From NCBI GenBank assembly GCA_964343245.1, contig CAYFIU010000002.1:1-37065 (forward strand): a stretch of 37,065 nucleotides of DNA. Reading direction: 5' to 3'. The notes beneath the pieces were generated by a model. That model was not told the DNA's origin, made no database searches, and saw only the letters and a program-made list of their open reading frames with translations. This document shows, piece after piece, positions 14,793-24,342 of this stretch; position 1 is the first letter of the stretch; each line of letters begins with the position of its first letter. A program made the position numbers and the translations under genes. The DNA is from Candidatus Woesearchaeota archaeon. GTDB lineage: Archaea > Nanobdellota > Nanobdellia > SCGC-AAA011-G17 > GW2011-AR17.

Positions 14793-16163
14793 TTATAAGT
14801 TTTGTTGTGGAGGGATCTCACTAGCGTTGACAGTGTTTAGTATGCCTTTTGCTGCAATGATTCCAGTTGCTGCTGCACCAACAATGTTGCCAGAAACTCC
14901 TGCTGCGTCACCTGCTACATACAATCCTTTGATTTTTGTTTCTAAATGTTTGCTTGTTTTAATCTTTGAAGATCTTAGTTTGATTTCAGGTGCATATAAT
15001 AAAGTATTCCCTGAGTTTAAGCCTGGCAGAACTTTGTCTAACATTCGCAAGCCTTCAATAATGTTAGTTACAACTCTGTGTGGGAATGCCATTGATATAT
15101 CTCCTGGTACTACATCTTTTAGTGTTGGTTGAACATAACTTTTTTTAATTCTGTCCCATGTGCTTCTTCTACCTGCTCTTAGGTCAGCTAGCCTTTGTAG
15201 AATTGGTTTTCCACCACCAATTGTGTTTGCAAGTTTTGCAATACTTTTTGCGTACTTTGTTGTGTTCTCCACTGGTTTTGTTAGTTTTATTTCTGTTACA
15301 AATGCGAAATTGCTGTTTTCTGAGTTGTGATCTGAGTTACTATGGCCATTTACACATACAAAACCTTCATAATCTTCAATTGCAACCATGCCTTTTGGAC
15401 AAGGACAAAATGAACGCATTATATCGTCATAACTTGTTGTGTGCACTTTGAAAACTGTTTCATAAAGTACATCTGAATATTCTCGCATTACACCTTCTGG
15501 GAATTCTACTCTTACACCAACTTCAACTTTTTCGTAATTGAAACCGAGTTGGTACTTTTTTGCTAGGTCTTGCAACCATGTTGCATTAACTCTTCCAGGG
15601 GCAAGGATTATGTTTTTGCCATAGACTTTTTCTCCATGTGCTATAACTCCTGTACATTTATCTTCTTCTTTGATAATGTCAGTTACAACATTTTCTGTTT
15701 TTATTTCTATTCCTTTTTGTCTTAAGAAATTTTCAAAGTTTGCGATCACTTTTGGTAGTTTGTCACTTCCAACATGTCTTGTTTTTCTTACATAGAGGTG
15801 AACTGAGTTTCTTTTGCACCTGTCAACTAGTTCTGCAACTTTTCCTACATTTTTTGGGTAATACTCTGCTGTGACTCCAAAATCTGTTAATATCTCATCA
15901 ACATAGTCCATGACTTTTTGGTATTCATCAACATCGTAGATGTCTAGCATTTTTTCATGGCTTAGAACTGGGGTGAAGTGTAGTTTTCCATCAGAAAATG
16001 TTCCTGCTCCACCAATGCCACACATTACTTCGTGCCTTTGTCTTTGGCCAATTGGTTTACCTTTTTCAATTAGAACTATCTTTAAATCTGGATTGTTTGT
16101 TATTAATTCATATGCTGCAAACAAACCTGCTGGTCCACCTCCGACTATAATTACATCATACAT
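14793..16163 (-). CDS. FAD-dependent oxidoreductase (COG2509-like)
   Basis: Carries an N-terminal Rossmann motif 'DVIIVGGGPAGLFAA', 'GIGGAGTFSDGKL' and a C-terminal 'LYVAGDAAG'. Confidence 0.75.
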   Translation of the reverse strand: MYDVIIVGGGPAGLFAAYELITNNPDLKIVLIEKGKPIGQRQRHEVMCGIGGAGTFSDGKLHFTPVLSHEKMLDIYDVDEYQKVMDYVDEILTDFGVTAEYYPKNVGKVAELVDRCKRNSVHLYVRKTRHVGSDKLPKVIANFENFLRQKGIEIKTENVVTDIIKEEDKCTGVIAHGEKVYGKNIILAPGRVNATWLQDLAKKYQLGFNYEKVEVGVRVEFPEGVMREYSDVLYETVFKVHTTSYDDIMRSFCPCPKGMVAIEDYEGFVCVNGHSNSDHNSENSNFAFVTEIKLTKPVENTTKYAKSIAKLANTIGGGKPILQRLADLRAGRRSTWDRIKKSYVQPTLKDVVPGDISMAFPHRVVTNIIEGLRMLDKVLPGLNSGNTLLYAPEIKLRSSKIKTSKHLETKIKGLYVAGDAAGVSGNIVGAAATGIIAAKGILNTVNASEIPPQQNL

Positions 16164-16187
16164 CCCATATGTTTCATATTATATTTA

Positions 16188-16196
16188 TTTATAAAA
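16188..16196. promoter_or_regulatory. shared/bidirectional TATA element (tttataaaa)
   Basis: Lies 25 nt from the minus-strand ATG at 16163 and 22 nt from the plus-strand ATG at 16218. Confidence 0.45.
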
Positions 16197-16217
16197 ATTT
16201 GTGTGTTTTCTTTGTTT

Positions 16218-16559
16218 ATGGGAAGAAAATTTGTTGTAGGTTCGTTATGTTGTCTTCTTGCATTTTCTACTTTGGCAGGACATCGTGTGCAGCAAGGTTT
16301 GAAAAATCTTGGTTTTAGTGCTTCTTTTTATCAGACTGAAGTATCTTTTTCTCTAAATTCAGGGTCTTCTTCTTTATTAGGGGTGAACTTGTCTACTAAG
16401 GATGATATAGCACTAGCTTTTGGTGGTTCTGTTTCTGCAAGGAGAGTTGCTCATTATGGTTTCACTGAATCAAATCCTTTGATTTTTGTCAATCTTGAAC
16501 CAAGTAATAGTTTTGCTGTTAGATATTATCCTTATACTTACTTCTCATTAAATTATTAA
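16218..16559 (+). CDS. hypothetical secreted protein (signal-peptide-like N-terminus)
   Basis: The track starts at a GTG (16203). I prefer the ATG at 16218 (MGRKFVVGSLCCLLAFSTLAG...) from the TATA spacing. The remainder is Ser/Leu-rich and looks beta-rich. Confidence 0.4.
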   Translation: MGRKFVVGSLCCLLAFSTLAGHRVQQGLKNLGFSASFYQTEVSFSLNSGSSSLLGVNLSTKDDIALAFGGSVSARRVAHYGFTESNPLIFVNLEPSNSFAVRYYPYTYFSLNY

Positions 16560-16993
16560 GGTTCATATGGTGGGATAGGAGTGTGAGGTGTCATATAAGA
16601 TACCATTCTTTCTAATTCTTCCAACCAAATGCTTGTGTCAGGAAAAATGTCATATCCTAGCATCACTGCAATATTGTTTGCTACTAAATATGTTGAAAAT
16701 AATGTAGAGACTGCAAATGCTTTTTCTGCTAGTCCTGGCTTTCTTCTTTGTAAAGCGTAAAGTCCAGAAAAAATCAAGCCATACACTACAAGTTCATGTG
16801 TTATTAATCCTAATTCTATATTATTTGTTAGATGCATAAAATACCTTGGAGTACCAGTTTCTTCTGCTGGATAATTGTTCAAATTTACTACTGTTGTTAT
16901 GCAATCAGAAATCCTTGCAGTAACTGCTGCACCTAATGGTACTAATGAAACTCTTCTTAGATTTTCTTTTGTAAGAGCTTCTGCTTGATCCAT
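16556..16993 (-). CDS. hypothetical membrane protein (145 aa)
   Basis: Two hydrophobic segments. The TATA-like 'ctttaaataa' at 17020..17029 lies upstream. Convergent 4-nt overlap with the previous ORF. Confidence 0.4.
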   Translation of the reverse strand: MDQAEALTKENLRRVSLVPLGAAVTARISDCITTVVNLNNYPAEETGTPRYFMHLTNNIELGLITHELVVYGLIFSGLYALQRRKPGLAEKAFAVSTLFSTYLVANNIAVMLGYDIFPDTSIWLEELERMVSYMTPHTPIPPYEP

Positions 16994-17038
16994 TTATAAT
17001 TTTAATGTTTTAAGAGCAACTTTAAATAATTTTTGTAG

Positions 17039-17818
17039 TTATCTTCCCAATTCTTCTTTTATTCCTTTTAGGCTTTCAAAATCATCTAATAATCTCCAAA
17101 AACTTTTAACATAACTTTTTGGGTTGCCTGTGTCTAACCAGGTTCCTGTGTATTCGCATGCGTACATGCCTTCCTTCTCGATGATTTTGTTGAAAGTTAA
17201 ATCTGCTTTCTTATTCTCGTGCATTCCTTTACCAACTTCTCTTACAGCCTCGAAAAATACAGGTGTAAATATGTCCCAACCATTGTGTACTAAGTTAGAA
17301 GGTACAACATCTGGTTTTTCTAAGAATTCTAACATTTTGTACATGTTATCCTCTAAAGGTTCATTTTTTATTACTCCATACTTTGTTGCATCTTGCATTG
17401 GTACTTGTGAAACTCCCATTACAGATTTTTGGTATTTATTATGGGTTTCTATAAGCTTTTTCAAGAATGAACCTTTATCAACGAAAAGGTTGTCAGGTAA
17501 TATTAGTACAAAAGGTTGGTTTTCTATTTCGCTTTCGCAGATGTACATCGCATCAACCCAGCCTGTCATTTGGTTTTGGATGACATACTTTACTTTTATG
17601 TTTGGATAGTGTGTGTTGAAGTATTTTTGGAATATTGATGTTTTTTCTGGTGTTACAATGATTATGAATTCTTCAATGCCATTTTCTATGCATTCGTCGA
17701 TAACATAGTGTAAAACAGGTTTATTAACAATAGGGATTAGTTCTTTTGGTAGTGTCTTTGAGAAAGGGTACATTCTGGTTCCCCAGCCTGCACATGGAAT
17801 CACTGCTTTTTTTACCAT
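17039..17818 (-). CDS. sugar-1-phosphate nucleotidyltransferase (UTP-glucose-1-phosphate uridylyltransferase-like)
   Basis: 'KAVIPCAGWGTRMYPFSKTLPKELIPIVNKPVLHYVIDE' matches the GalU/RmlA-type N-terminal signature. Confidence 0.75.
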   Translation of the reverse strand: MVKKAVIPCAGWGTRMYPFSKTLPKELIPIVNKPVLHYVIDECIENGIEEFIIIVTPEKTSIFQKYFNTHYPNIKVKYVIQNQMTGWVDAMYICESEIENQPFVLILPDNLFVDKGSFLKKLIETHNKYQKSVMGVSQVPMQDATKYGVIKNEPLEDNMYKMLEFLEKPDVVPSNLVHNGWDIFTPVFFEAVREVGKGMHENKKADLTFNKIIEKEGMYACEYTGTWLDTGNPKSYVKSFWRLLDDFESLKGIKEELGR

Positions 17819-17871
17819 AGCTATTTCTCTGAGAAATTCTTTTTTAAGTTTTTTGTATTAAGGATCTAGAA

Positions 17872-17944
17872 TGGGCCCACCAGGACTCGAACCTGGGATG
17901 ACCTCCTTGTAAGGGAGGCATCATAGCCACTAGATCATGGGCCC
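17872..17944 (-). tRNA. tRNA-Val (anticodon UAC), no intron, CCA not encoded
   Basis: The reverse complement folds as a cloverleaf. Acceptor stem is GGGCCCA/TGGGCCC, anticodon stem is CCTCC/GGAGG with loop CTTACAA, and the T arm is CCAGG-TTCGAGT-CCTGG. A TATA 'tatttaag' at 17971..17978 lies 27 nt upstream. Confidence 0.9.
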
Positions 17945-18029
17945 GTTGAACTCATTAGAAATAAAAGTACTATTTAAGGTTTACTATGACTTCTTTTCTT
18001 ATTAAAGTCAGCCTCAATTAACCAAAATA

Positions 18030-18037
18030 TTTATATA
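18030..18037 (+). promoter_or_regulatory. TATA box for EF-2 (leader with a GGAGGG SD at 18071..18076)
   Basis: 'tttatata' lies 48 nt upstream of the ATG at 18085. The SD sits 8 nt before the ATG. Confidence 0.5.
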
Positions 18038-18084
18038 GGCAGAAAAATCCCATCAATTTATTATAATCTAGGAGGGATATTATA

Positions 18085-20282
18085 ATGACAGATAAAACTA
18101 CAGAAGCAATTGGAAAATTAATGAAAATTCCTACTCAAATTAGAAATATTGGTGTTGCTGCGCATATTTTTTGTTAAGTTTTGGCTTACAAAAGTGCTGA
18201 GATCACGGCAAAACAACATTCTCTGATAACTTATTAGCAGGTGCTGGTATGATTTCAGAAGAGTTAGCAGGTAAACAGCTTGCATTGGACTTTCATTCAG
18301 ACGAACAAGAGAGAGGTATCACAATTGATTCAGCAAGTGTTTCAATGTTGCACAATTGGGATGATAAAGATTATTTAATTAACTTGATTGATACACCTGG
18401 TCACGTTGACTTTGGTGGTGATGTAACAAGGGCAATGAGGGCTGTTGATGGTGCTATTGTTCTTTGTTGTGCTGTTGAGGGTATTATGCCTCAAACAGAG
18501 ACAGTTCTTAGGCAAGCTTTGAAAGAGTTAGTTAAGCCTGTTTTGTTTATCAACAAAGTTGATAGGCTGATTAAGGAAGTAAAGTTAACACCTGAAGCAA
18601 TGCAGCAAAAGTTTATGAAAATTATTGATGATGTAAATGGATTGATTGCAAAGATTGCACCTGAAGGTTATGGTGATAAGTGGCAGTTGTCTGTTCAAGA
18701 TGGTTCTGTTGCTTTTGGTTCTGCTTTCCACAATTGGGGTTTGTCTTTTCCTTACATGCAGAAGAAAGGTTTAACTTTCAAAGATGTTATTGATGCTTAT
18801 GAGAATGATGACCATAAAGGTCTTGCAAAAAAGGCACCAATTCATGAAGTTGTGTTGAACATGTGTATCAAACATCATCCTGATCCAAAGGTGGCACAAG
18901 TTTATAGAATTCCAAGAATCTGGCATGGTGAAGTTGATACTGAATTAGGTAAAGCTTTGATGACTTGTGATCCAAGTGGGCCTGTTGCTGCATCTGCGAT
19001 TAAGATTGTTGTTGATAAGCATGCAGGTGAAGTTGCAACATGCAGGTTGTTCTCTGGAACTTTGAAACATGGTCAGGAAGTTTACATGACTATGGCTAAG
19101 AAAAAAGTTCGGTTACAGCAGTTGTCTATTTACAAAGGTGCAAAAAGAGTTACAATGGAAGAGGTTAACGCTGGTAACATTGTTGGTCTTGTTGGTTTGA
19201 AAGGGATTTTTGCAGGAGAAACTGTTTCAACTGTTGAAAATATTGAACCTTTTGAAGCGATTAAACACATTTTTGATCCTGTTATTACAAAAAGTATTGA
19301 AGCTACAACTGCAGCTGATTTGCCTAAGCTAATTGAACTTTTGAAACAGGTTGCTAAAGAAGATCCAACAATTAAAGTTGAAATTAATGAAGAGACTGGT
19401 GAAAACTTGATGTCTGGTATGGGTGAGTTGCATTTAGAAGTTGTTGAAAACAGAATGTTGGCTGAGAAAGGGTTGAAAGTTAAAACATCTCCACCAATTG
19501 TTGTTTACAGGGAAACTGTTGGTAAGTTGTCTGGACAGTTTGAAGGAAAGTCTCCAAACAAACATAACAAGTTGTACTTTGTTGTTGAACCTTTGGAGGA
19601 TAATGTGTATGATGCAATTAAAGCTGGTGACATCCCTGAAGGTAAAGTTAGGAAAAAGGATACTGTTTTGTTTGCAAAGTTGCAAGAGCTTGGTTATGAG
19701 ACTAAAGTTTCTAAAAAAGTTACAGATATCTATAATGGAAATCTTTTGGTTGATGATACAAGAGGTATTGTACATATTGGTGAGATCATGAGTTTAGTAA
19801 TTGAGGGTTTTGAAGATGTTATGAAAGCTGGTGTACTTGCAAGAGAGCCTTGTTCAAAAGTTAAGGTTATGTTGAAAGATTGTAAGTTGCACGAAGATAC
19901 TATCCACAGAGGGCCTGCACAGATGTTGCCTGCTGTAAGAGATGGTATCAGGACTGCAATGGCTGATGCAAAAGCTTCAATTCTGGAACCTATTCAGGAG
20001 ATGTTGATTGAAGGTCCTGCTGATACTATGGGTGAAATTTCTCGTTTAGTACAGAACAAGAGAGGACAGTTGATGAATATGGACCAAGAGGGTGATCAAT
20101 TAACTGTTAAAGCTGCATTGCCTGTTGCTGAAATCTTTGGTTGGAGTTCTGATCTAAGATCTGCTACTAGAGGAAGAGGAAGCAGTTTTATTGTTGATCA
20201 GAGATTTGAGAAGTTGCCTGAAAGTTTGGCACCAAAAGTAATTGGTCAGATTCGTGACAGAAAAGGTTTGAAAGCTGAGTAA
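18085..20282 (+). CDS. fusA: translation elongation factor aEF-2, split by a 32-nt intervening sequence (exon 1 18085..18167, exon 2 18200..20282; 721 aa after joining)
   Basis: Exon 1 encodes MTDKTTEAIGKLMKIPTQIRNIGVAAHI. Exon 2 continues DHGKTTFSDNLLAGAGMISEE..., then 'DTPGHVDF', 'NKVDR' and the rest. The ORF track only calls from the internal Met at 18249. Confidence 0.85.
18168..18199 (+). other. candidate bulge-helix-bulge (BHB) intron inside the EF-2 P-loop codons
   Basis: The central 4-bp helix pairs 18162-18165 with 18194-18197. The 3-nt bulges are 18166-18168 and 18198-18200. The inner stem pairs 18169-18173 with 18189-18193, then 18175-18178 with 18185-18188. Cleavage after the 2nd bulge nucleotide restores GCG CAU AUA GAU CAC (A-H-I-D-H). 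Confidence 0.7.
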
Positions 20283-20315
20283 AGCTTTTATATTTCTTTT
20301 TTTATATTATTCTTT

Positions 20316-20795
20316 ATGTTAGTTCAAACTCTGAAAGATCTTCCTATCCTAGAGAAGAAGAATGTTAACTTTAGGGGTGGTGGTAGTTCTGATTTTTATA
20401 TTAATGTGAAAAAAGCTTATGGTGATCCAGCTATATTGGGTGCTATTGCTAAAAGAGTTTGGGAGAAAGCCGGTATGGATTTTACTTGTGTTGCTTGTTC
20501 TGGTTATGGTGGTATGCCTTTGGCAACTGCTTTGTCTCTTAAGTATGGTTTAAAGTTAACTTTGGTTAGGAATGAAAAAAAAGATCATGGTTTGGGGGGA
20601 AAAATTGATGGATATCTTCCTGATGGAAGTGATAAAATCTTGGTTGTTGATGATGTTTTAACTTCAGGGCATAGTTTGAAGGGAACTCTGTCTGTTTTAG
20701 AAGGTTTTAATGTTAAAAAGATTGTTGTTGTTGTAAAAAGAGCAGAAACAGATTTGGATGTTGAGTATTTGTTTACTGCTGAAGATTTTCTTTAG
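20316..20795 (+). CDS. type I phosphoribosyltransferase (orotate PRTase-like)
   Basis: Carries the PRPP-binding motif 'ILVVDDVLTSGHSL'. 159 aa. A TATA 'cttttatatt' lies at -23. Confidence 0.65.
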   Translation: MLVQTLKDLPILEKKNVNFRGGGSSDFYINVKKAYGDPAILGAIAKRVWEKAGMDFTCVACSGYGGMPLATALSLKYGLKLTLVRNEKKDHGLGGKIDGYLPDGSDKILVVDDVLTSGHSLKGTLSVLEGFNVKKIVVVVKRAETDLDVEYLFTAEDFL

Positions 20796-21222
20796 TTTTT
20801 TTTGCATCTTTTACTAGATCAGAAGAGCTTGCTGCTTTTTCTCCACCAATGTTCCAAATCATGTTAATGTTATTATTTTTGCATGCTACAAATTCTGGGA
20901 TTGTGTCAGCTGTTTGGTCGCCACCATTGGCAAAAGTAATCTCATACTCTGGATATTTGTTTTTAACTTTTAGTAAACCTTGTACACAAGAACCAGCTTC
21001 ATCGTCTTCGAAACCTAAAACTTCTGTAACACAAGATAAAGATTCGATTATTTCTTTTTTCCCTTCCCATTTCATGAAATTGTAACCTTTTTTTCTTTCA
21101 AGCCAGGCGTCACTGTTGAGAAGAACTATTAATTCACCATGTTTTGCAGCTTCTTTGAATAATCTCACATGTCCAACATGTAAGGGATCAAAGCCACCAG
21201 AAACTATCACTTTTTTTTGCAT
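20773..21222 (-). CDS. cytidylyltransferase-family nucleotidyltransferase (HxGH)
   Basis: 'VIVSGGFDPLHVGHVRLF' is the (T/H)xGH signature of the TagD/RfaE-II/RibL-like family. Substrate not assignable. Confidence 0.65.
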   Translation of the reverse strand: MQKKVIVSGGFDPLHVGHVRLFKEAAKHGELIVLLNSDAWLERKKGYNFMKWEGKKEIIESLSCVTEVLGFEDDEAGSCVQGLLKVKNKYPEYEITFANGGDQTADTIPEFVACKNNNINMIWNIGGEKAASSSDLVKDAKKTKENLQQ

Positions 21223-21320
21223 TTGTAAATTTGGATTTTTTTTCTTTTTAAAGTTAATGGATTTGTGTTATTGATTTTATCATCAGGAGTTTTATAAGTT
21301 GTTTCTGTGTAGATATATTT

Positions 21321-21689
21321 ATGTCAGATCTTAGAGATGTTTTAAGAAGAGAAGGTGTTGTTCTGGAAGATAGTGTTGTGATTGCTGAGCATTGGGATAA
21401 AGAAAGTGTGATTGGTTTTTTTAATTTTTTAGAAAGTTTTGGTGGAAGAGGGAGAGCTTTAGATGCTTTACAGCAGGGTGAGGTTTTAGGTTACTCGCTT
21501 GGTCGTGTTGGGGTGTATAGGGAGTTAGTTATTCAAGTTTCTGGTGCTGGTTCTGAAAGAAATGGAATCCCTCCAGGGGTTTTTTATTCTATTTCAAATT
21601 TAGGGAGATACTTTCGAGGTGAGTGGGAAACTCCTGTTGCTGATGATTTAGAAGAGGAATTTGCTGGAGGTGGTGGTGCTTTGCTATAA
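21321..21689 (+). CDS. hypothetical protein (orphan, 122 aa, about 10 Arg and 1 Lys)
   Basis: ATG start with the TATA 'gttttataag' at 21289..21298 (-23). No family recognised. Confidence 0.4.
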   Translation: MSDLRDVLRREGVVLEDSVVIAEHWDKESVIGFFNFLESFGGRGRALDALQQGEVLGYSLGRVGVYRELVIQVSGAGSERNGIPPGVFYSISNLGRYFRGEWETPVADDLEEEFAGGGGALL

Positions 21690-21744
21690 TTTTGATATTC
21701 TTAAAAGAGGTGTGGCTTTTCTTGACTACAGAATCACCAAAACA

Positions 21745-21752
21745 TTTATAAA
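21745..21752 (+). promoter_or_regulatory. TATA box for tuf (leader with an AGGAGG SD at 21794..21799)
   Basis: 'tttataaa' lies 58 nt upstream of the ATG at 21810. An alternative 'cttaaataa' sits at about 21771-21780. Confidence 0.4.
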
Positions 21753-21809
21753 CCAAGGGCATTTTTTAACCCTTAAATAATTAACTTAAAGAGAGGAGGA
21801 AAGTTAAAA

Positions 21810-23090
21810 ATGGCAAAAGAAAAACCACACGTTAATATTGTGTTCGTAGGTCATGTTGATCATGGTAAATCAACTACTGTAGGTAGATTATTCTATGACT
21901 CTGGAGTTATTGGAGAACAGGAAATGAGAAAGCTAAAAGAGACAGCTCAAGAAGTAGGGAAGGCTGGCTTCGAATTCGCTTTCGTTATGGATCATTTGAA
22001 AGAAGAAAGGGAAAGAGGAGTTACAATTGATCTTATGCATAAAAAAATGCTTACAGATAAGTTTGAATATACAGTTATCGATGCTCCTGGACACAAAGAC
22101 TTTATCAAAAATATGATTACTGGTGCTTCACAAGCAGACATTGCATGTCTTGTTGTTGCTGCTTCAGAAGGAATTATGGCTCAAACAAAGGAGCACATGT
22201 TCTTGTGTAGAACAATGAATGTTAAGCAATTAGCTATAATTGTTAACAAGATGGATGTTGTTAACTTTGACGAAGCTAAGTTTAATGGAGTTAAAGAAGA
22301 AGTTAGCAAGTTGATGATGCAAGTTGGTTACAAACCAGATGAAACACCATTTATCCCTATTAGTGCTATTAAGGGCGATAATGTTGTTAAAAAATCAGAA
22401 AACATGGCTTGGTACAAAGGTTCAACATTGAGAGAACAGTTAGACTTGTTCCATGCACCTGAAAAACCAACAGGTTTACCATTAAGGTTACCAATCCAGG
22501 ATGTATATAACATCACAGGTATTGGTGTTGTTCCTGTGGGTAAAATTGAATCTGGTGTAATGAAGATTGGAGACAAAGTTATTGTTGTACCTGCTAGAGA
22601 AGGTACTGGTGTAACTGGTGAAGTGAAGAGTATTGAAATGCACCATGAGCAAGTTCAATCTGCTGAACCTGGAGATAACATTGGATTTAGTGTTAGAGGT
22701 ATTGGTAAGAAAGATATTGCTCGAGGAGATGTACTTGGTAAAACAGATAGTGTTCCTAGTGTTGTAAAGGAATTCACTGCACAAATTGTTGTACTGAATC
22801 ATCCAAGTGTTATTACAACTGGTTATACACCTGTATTCCACATCCACACTGCACAAATTGCTTGTAGATTCGATGCTATCTTGAAGAAATTGAATCCAGC
22901 AACTGGTGAAGTAATGGAAGAAAATCCAGACTTTATTAAGAATGGAGATGCAGCAATTGTTAGATTGATTCCAACTAAACCTTTGGTAATTGAAAAACAA
23001 ACAGAAATCCCACAAATGAGTTCATTTGCGATTAGGGATGCTGGTCAAACAGTAGCAGCTGGTAGGTGTATAGATTTAGTAAAGAAGTAA
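21810..23090 (+). CDS. tuf: translation elongation factor aEF-1alpha
   Basis: 426 aa. Carries 'GHVDHGKST', 'DAPGHKDF' and 'NKMD'. Confidence 0.95.
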   Translation: MAKEKPHVNIVFVGHVDHGKSTTVGRLFYDSGVIGEQEMRKLKETAQEVGKAGFEFAFVMDHLKEERERGVTIDLMHKKMLTDKFEYTVIDAPGHKDFIKNMITGASQADIACLVVAASEGIMAQTKEHMFLCRTMNVKQLAIIVNKMDVVNFDEAKFNGVKEEVSKLMMQVGYKPDETPFIPISAIKGDNVVKKSENMAWYKGSTLREQLDLFHAPEKPTGLPLRLPIQDVYNITGIGVVPVGKIESGVMKIGDKVIVVPAREGTGVTGEVKSIEMHHEQVQSAEPGDNIGFSVRGIGKKDIARGDVLGKTDSVPSVVKEFTAQIVVLNHPSVITTGYTPVFHIHTAQIACRFDAILKKLNPATGEVMEENPDFIKNGDAAIVRLIPTKPLVIEKQTEIPQMSSFAIRDAGQTVAAGRCIDLVKK

Positions 23091-23137
23091 ACCTTCTTTA
23101 ACTTTTTTTATTTTATTTAAAATTTAAGGGAAAAAAC

Positions 23138-23446
23138 ATGCAAAAAGCAAGAATAAAAATTAGCAGTATTGATATCAACAAGTTGAATGAGATTTGTTGT
23201 AGTATTAAAGATATTGTAGAAAAAACTAAGGTGAAAATTTCTGGTCCTATTACTTTGCCAACTAGGAAATTGAAAATAACTACTAGGAAAAGTCCTGATG
23301 GTGAAGGTAAGGCAAGTTTTGATAATTATGAGATGAGAATTCATAAGAGGTTGATTGATCTTGGTGTTGATGAAAGGGCTTTGAGATTGGTTATGAGAGT
23401 TCCTATCCCAGAAAATGTTAACATTTCTATTGAACTTTTAGAGTAA
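23138..23446 (+). CDS. rps10: 30S ribosomal protein uS10
   Basis: 102 aa. Carries 'ARIKISS...ISGPITLPTRKLKITTRKSPDGEG...YEMRIHKRLIDL'. The EF-1alpha-S10 linkage is typical of archaea. Confidence 0.9.
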   Translation: MQKARIKISSIDINKLNEICCSIKDIVEKTKVKISGPITLPTRKLKITTRKSPDGEGKASFDNYEMRIHKRLIDLGVDERALRLVMRVPIPENVNISIELLE

Positions 23447-23458
23447 GTTTTTTAAACT
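23437..23458 (+). repeat. 22-nt perfect direct repeat, copy 1 (tttagagtaagttttttaaact)
   Basis: Covers the last codons of rps10 (LE*) plus the TATA box used by the next gene. Identical to 24333..24354. Confidence 0.85.
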
Positions 23459-23478
23459 TGTTCTCATATTAGGTTTCT

Positions 23479-24342
23479 ATGTTAACTGGTGAGTTCTTGA
23501 GGACTATTAGACAAGATATTTTTAATGTTCTTTTAGAGCTAAAAAAGAGAAGAAAAGTTTATACTTCTATTTATGAGCTTGCTGCTGATATTTATGAAAT
23601 TTATCATACAAGCCATAGTTCTAATGCTGATCAGGATTTGTTATTTTTGCGAAGGATGCTTACTTTAACTTATAATGAAATTAATGCTATCCCTCAGTTT
23701 TTTACTGATGGTATTGATGAAGCTGACTGGGTTCAATTTCATTCATGGAATTTAGATAATCCTGATCATGATAGATTATGTGATCTTTGTTCTGTTAGAT
23801 TTTATTTAAATTTAAAATATGAATACATGAGAGTTGCTTTGAAAGGGTTACTAATAAGATTTTTGCGTGCAAGGCTTGATAAACCTATTATGTTTAAATT
23901 TTATTCTCCCAACATCAATGATTTAGCTAAAGCTAATATGGCTGATAAAGTTGTTTTTTATGTTCATCCTGATTTGGTAGATTTTTTTTCAGATGCTATA
24001 AAAAAATTTTCTGAAGATTATTTTTATCCAATGAAACCAATGTTTACAAAAGAAGTTAGGCCTGGTGTAGGAATTGCTTTTGAGACAAAGAAAAGCTTTG
24101 CTTTCCTTGATTTTGTTTCTAGGATTACACAGGGAGATATAGATAGGTTTTCTTATGGGACTTATATGGCTTTTATCTTATCAAGAGCTTTTGTGTTATT
24201 ACTTGCTAAGGATGGAACAGGTAATGTTAAAAATATTTGTTTTTCTAATTTTGATGAAAATTATTTGAACAAACTAGTTCCTAGGACTATGAGTTTAATT
24301 TCAAAAAGAATGAGAGAAGATTTGGAAATGGATTTAGAGTAA
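23479..24342 (+). CDS. hypothetical protein (287 aa), tentatively HopA1-family-like
   Basis: 'RFYLNL...MFKFYSP...MADKVVFYVHPD' resembles, from memory, the R.Y.N...FK...RDK.V.Y pattern of bacterial HopA1-family proteins. Unverified. Confidence 0.5.
   Translation: MLTGEFLRTIRQDIFNVLLELKKRRKVYTSIYELAADIYEIYHTSHSSNADQDLLFLRRMLTLTYNEINAIPQFFTDGIDEADWVQFHSWNLDNPDHDRLCDLCSVRFYLNLKYEYMRVALKGLLIRFLRARLDKPIMFKFYSPNINDLAKANMADKVVFYVHPDLVDFFSDAIKKFSEDYFYPMKPMFTKEVRPGVGIAFETKKSFAFLDFVSRITQGDIDRFSYGTYMAFILSRAFVLLLAKDGTGNVKNICFSNFDENYLNKLVPRTMSLISKRMREDLEMDLE

Noticed and set aside
18085-18260. EF-2 N-terminal disruption interpreted as a simple frameshift, pseudogene or sequencing error
   Set aside because: The interruption is a discrete 32-nt block, not a 1-2 nt indel. 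It sits between perfectly conserved halves of the P-loop motif and folds into a 3-4-3 bulge-helix-bulge with an internal hairpin. Canonical cleavage restores the frame exactly. The rest of the 721-aa gene is intact with its promoter and SD. An assembly artefact cannot be fully excluded without reads.
21760-21785. Short hairpin AAGGG-N10-CCCTT in the tuf upstream region, and AT-rich hairpins at 9320-9337 and 17987-18010, as regulatory RNAs
   Set aside because: They have 5-6 bp AT-rich or short stems with no second covarying copy, so they are indistinguishable from chance in AT-rich intergenic DNA.
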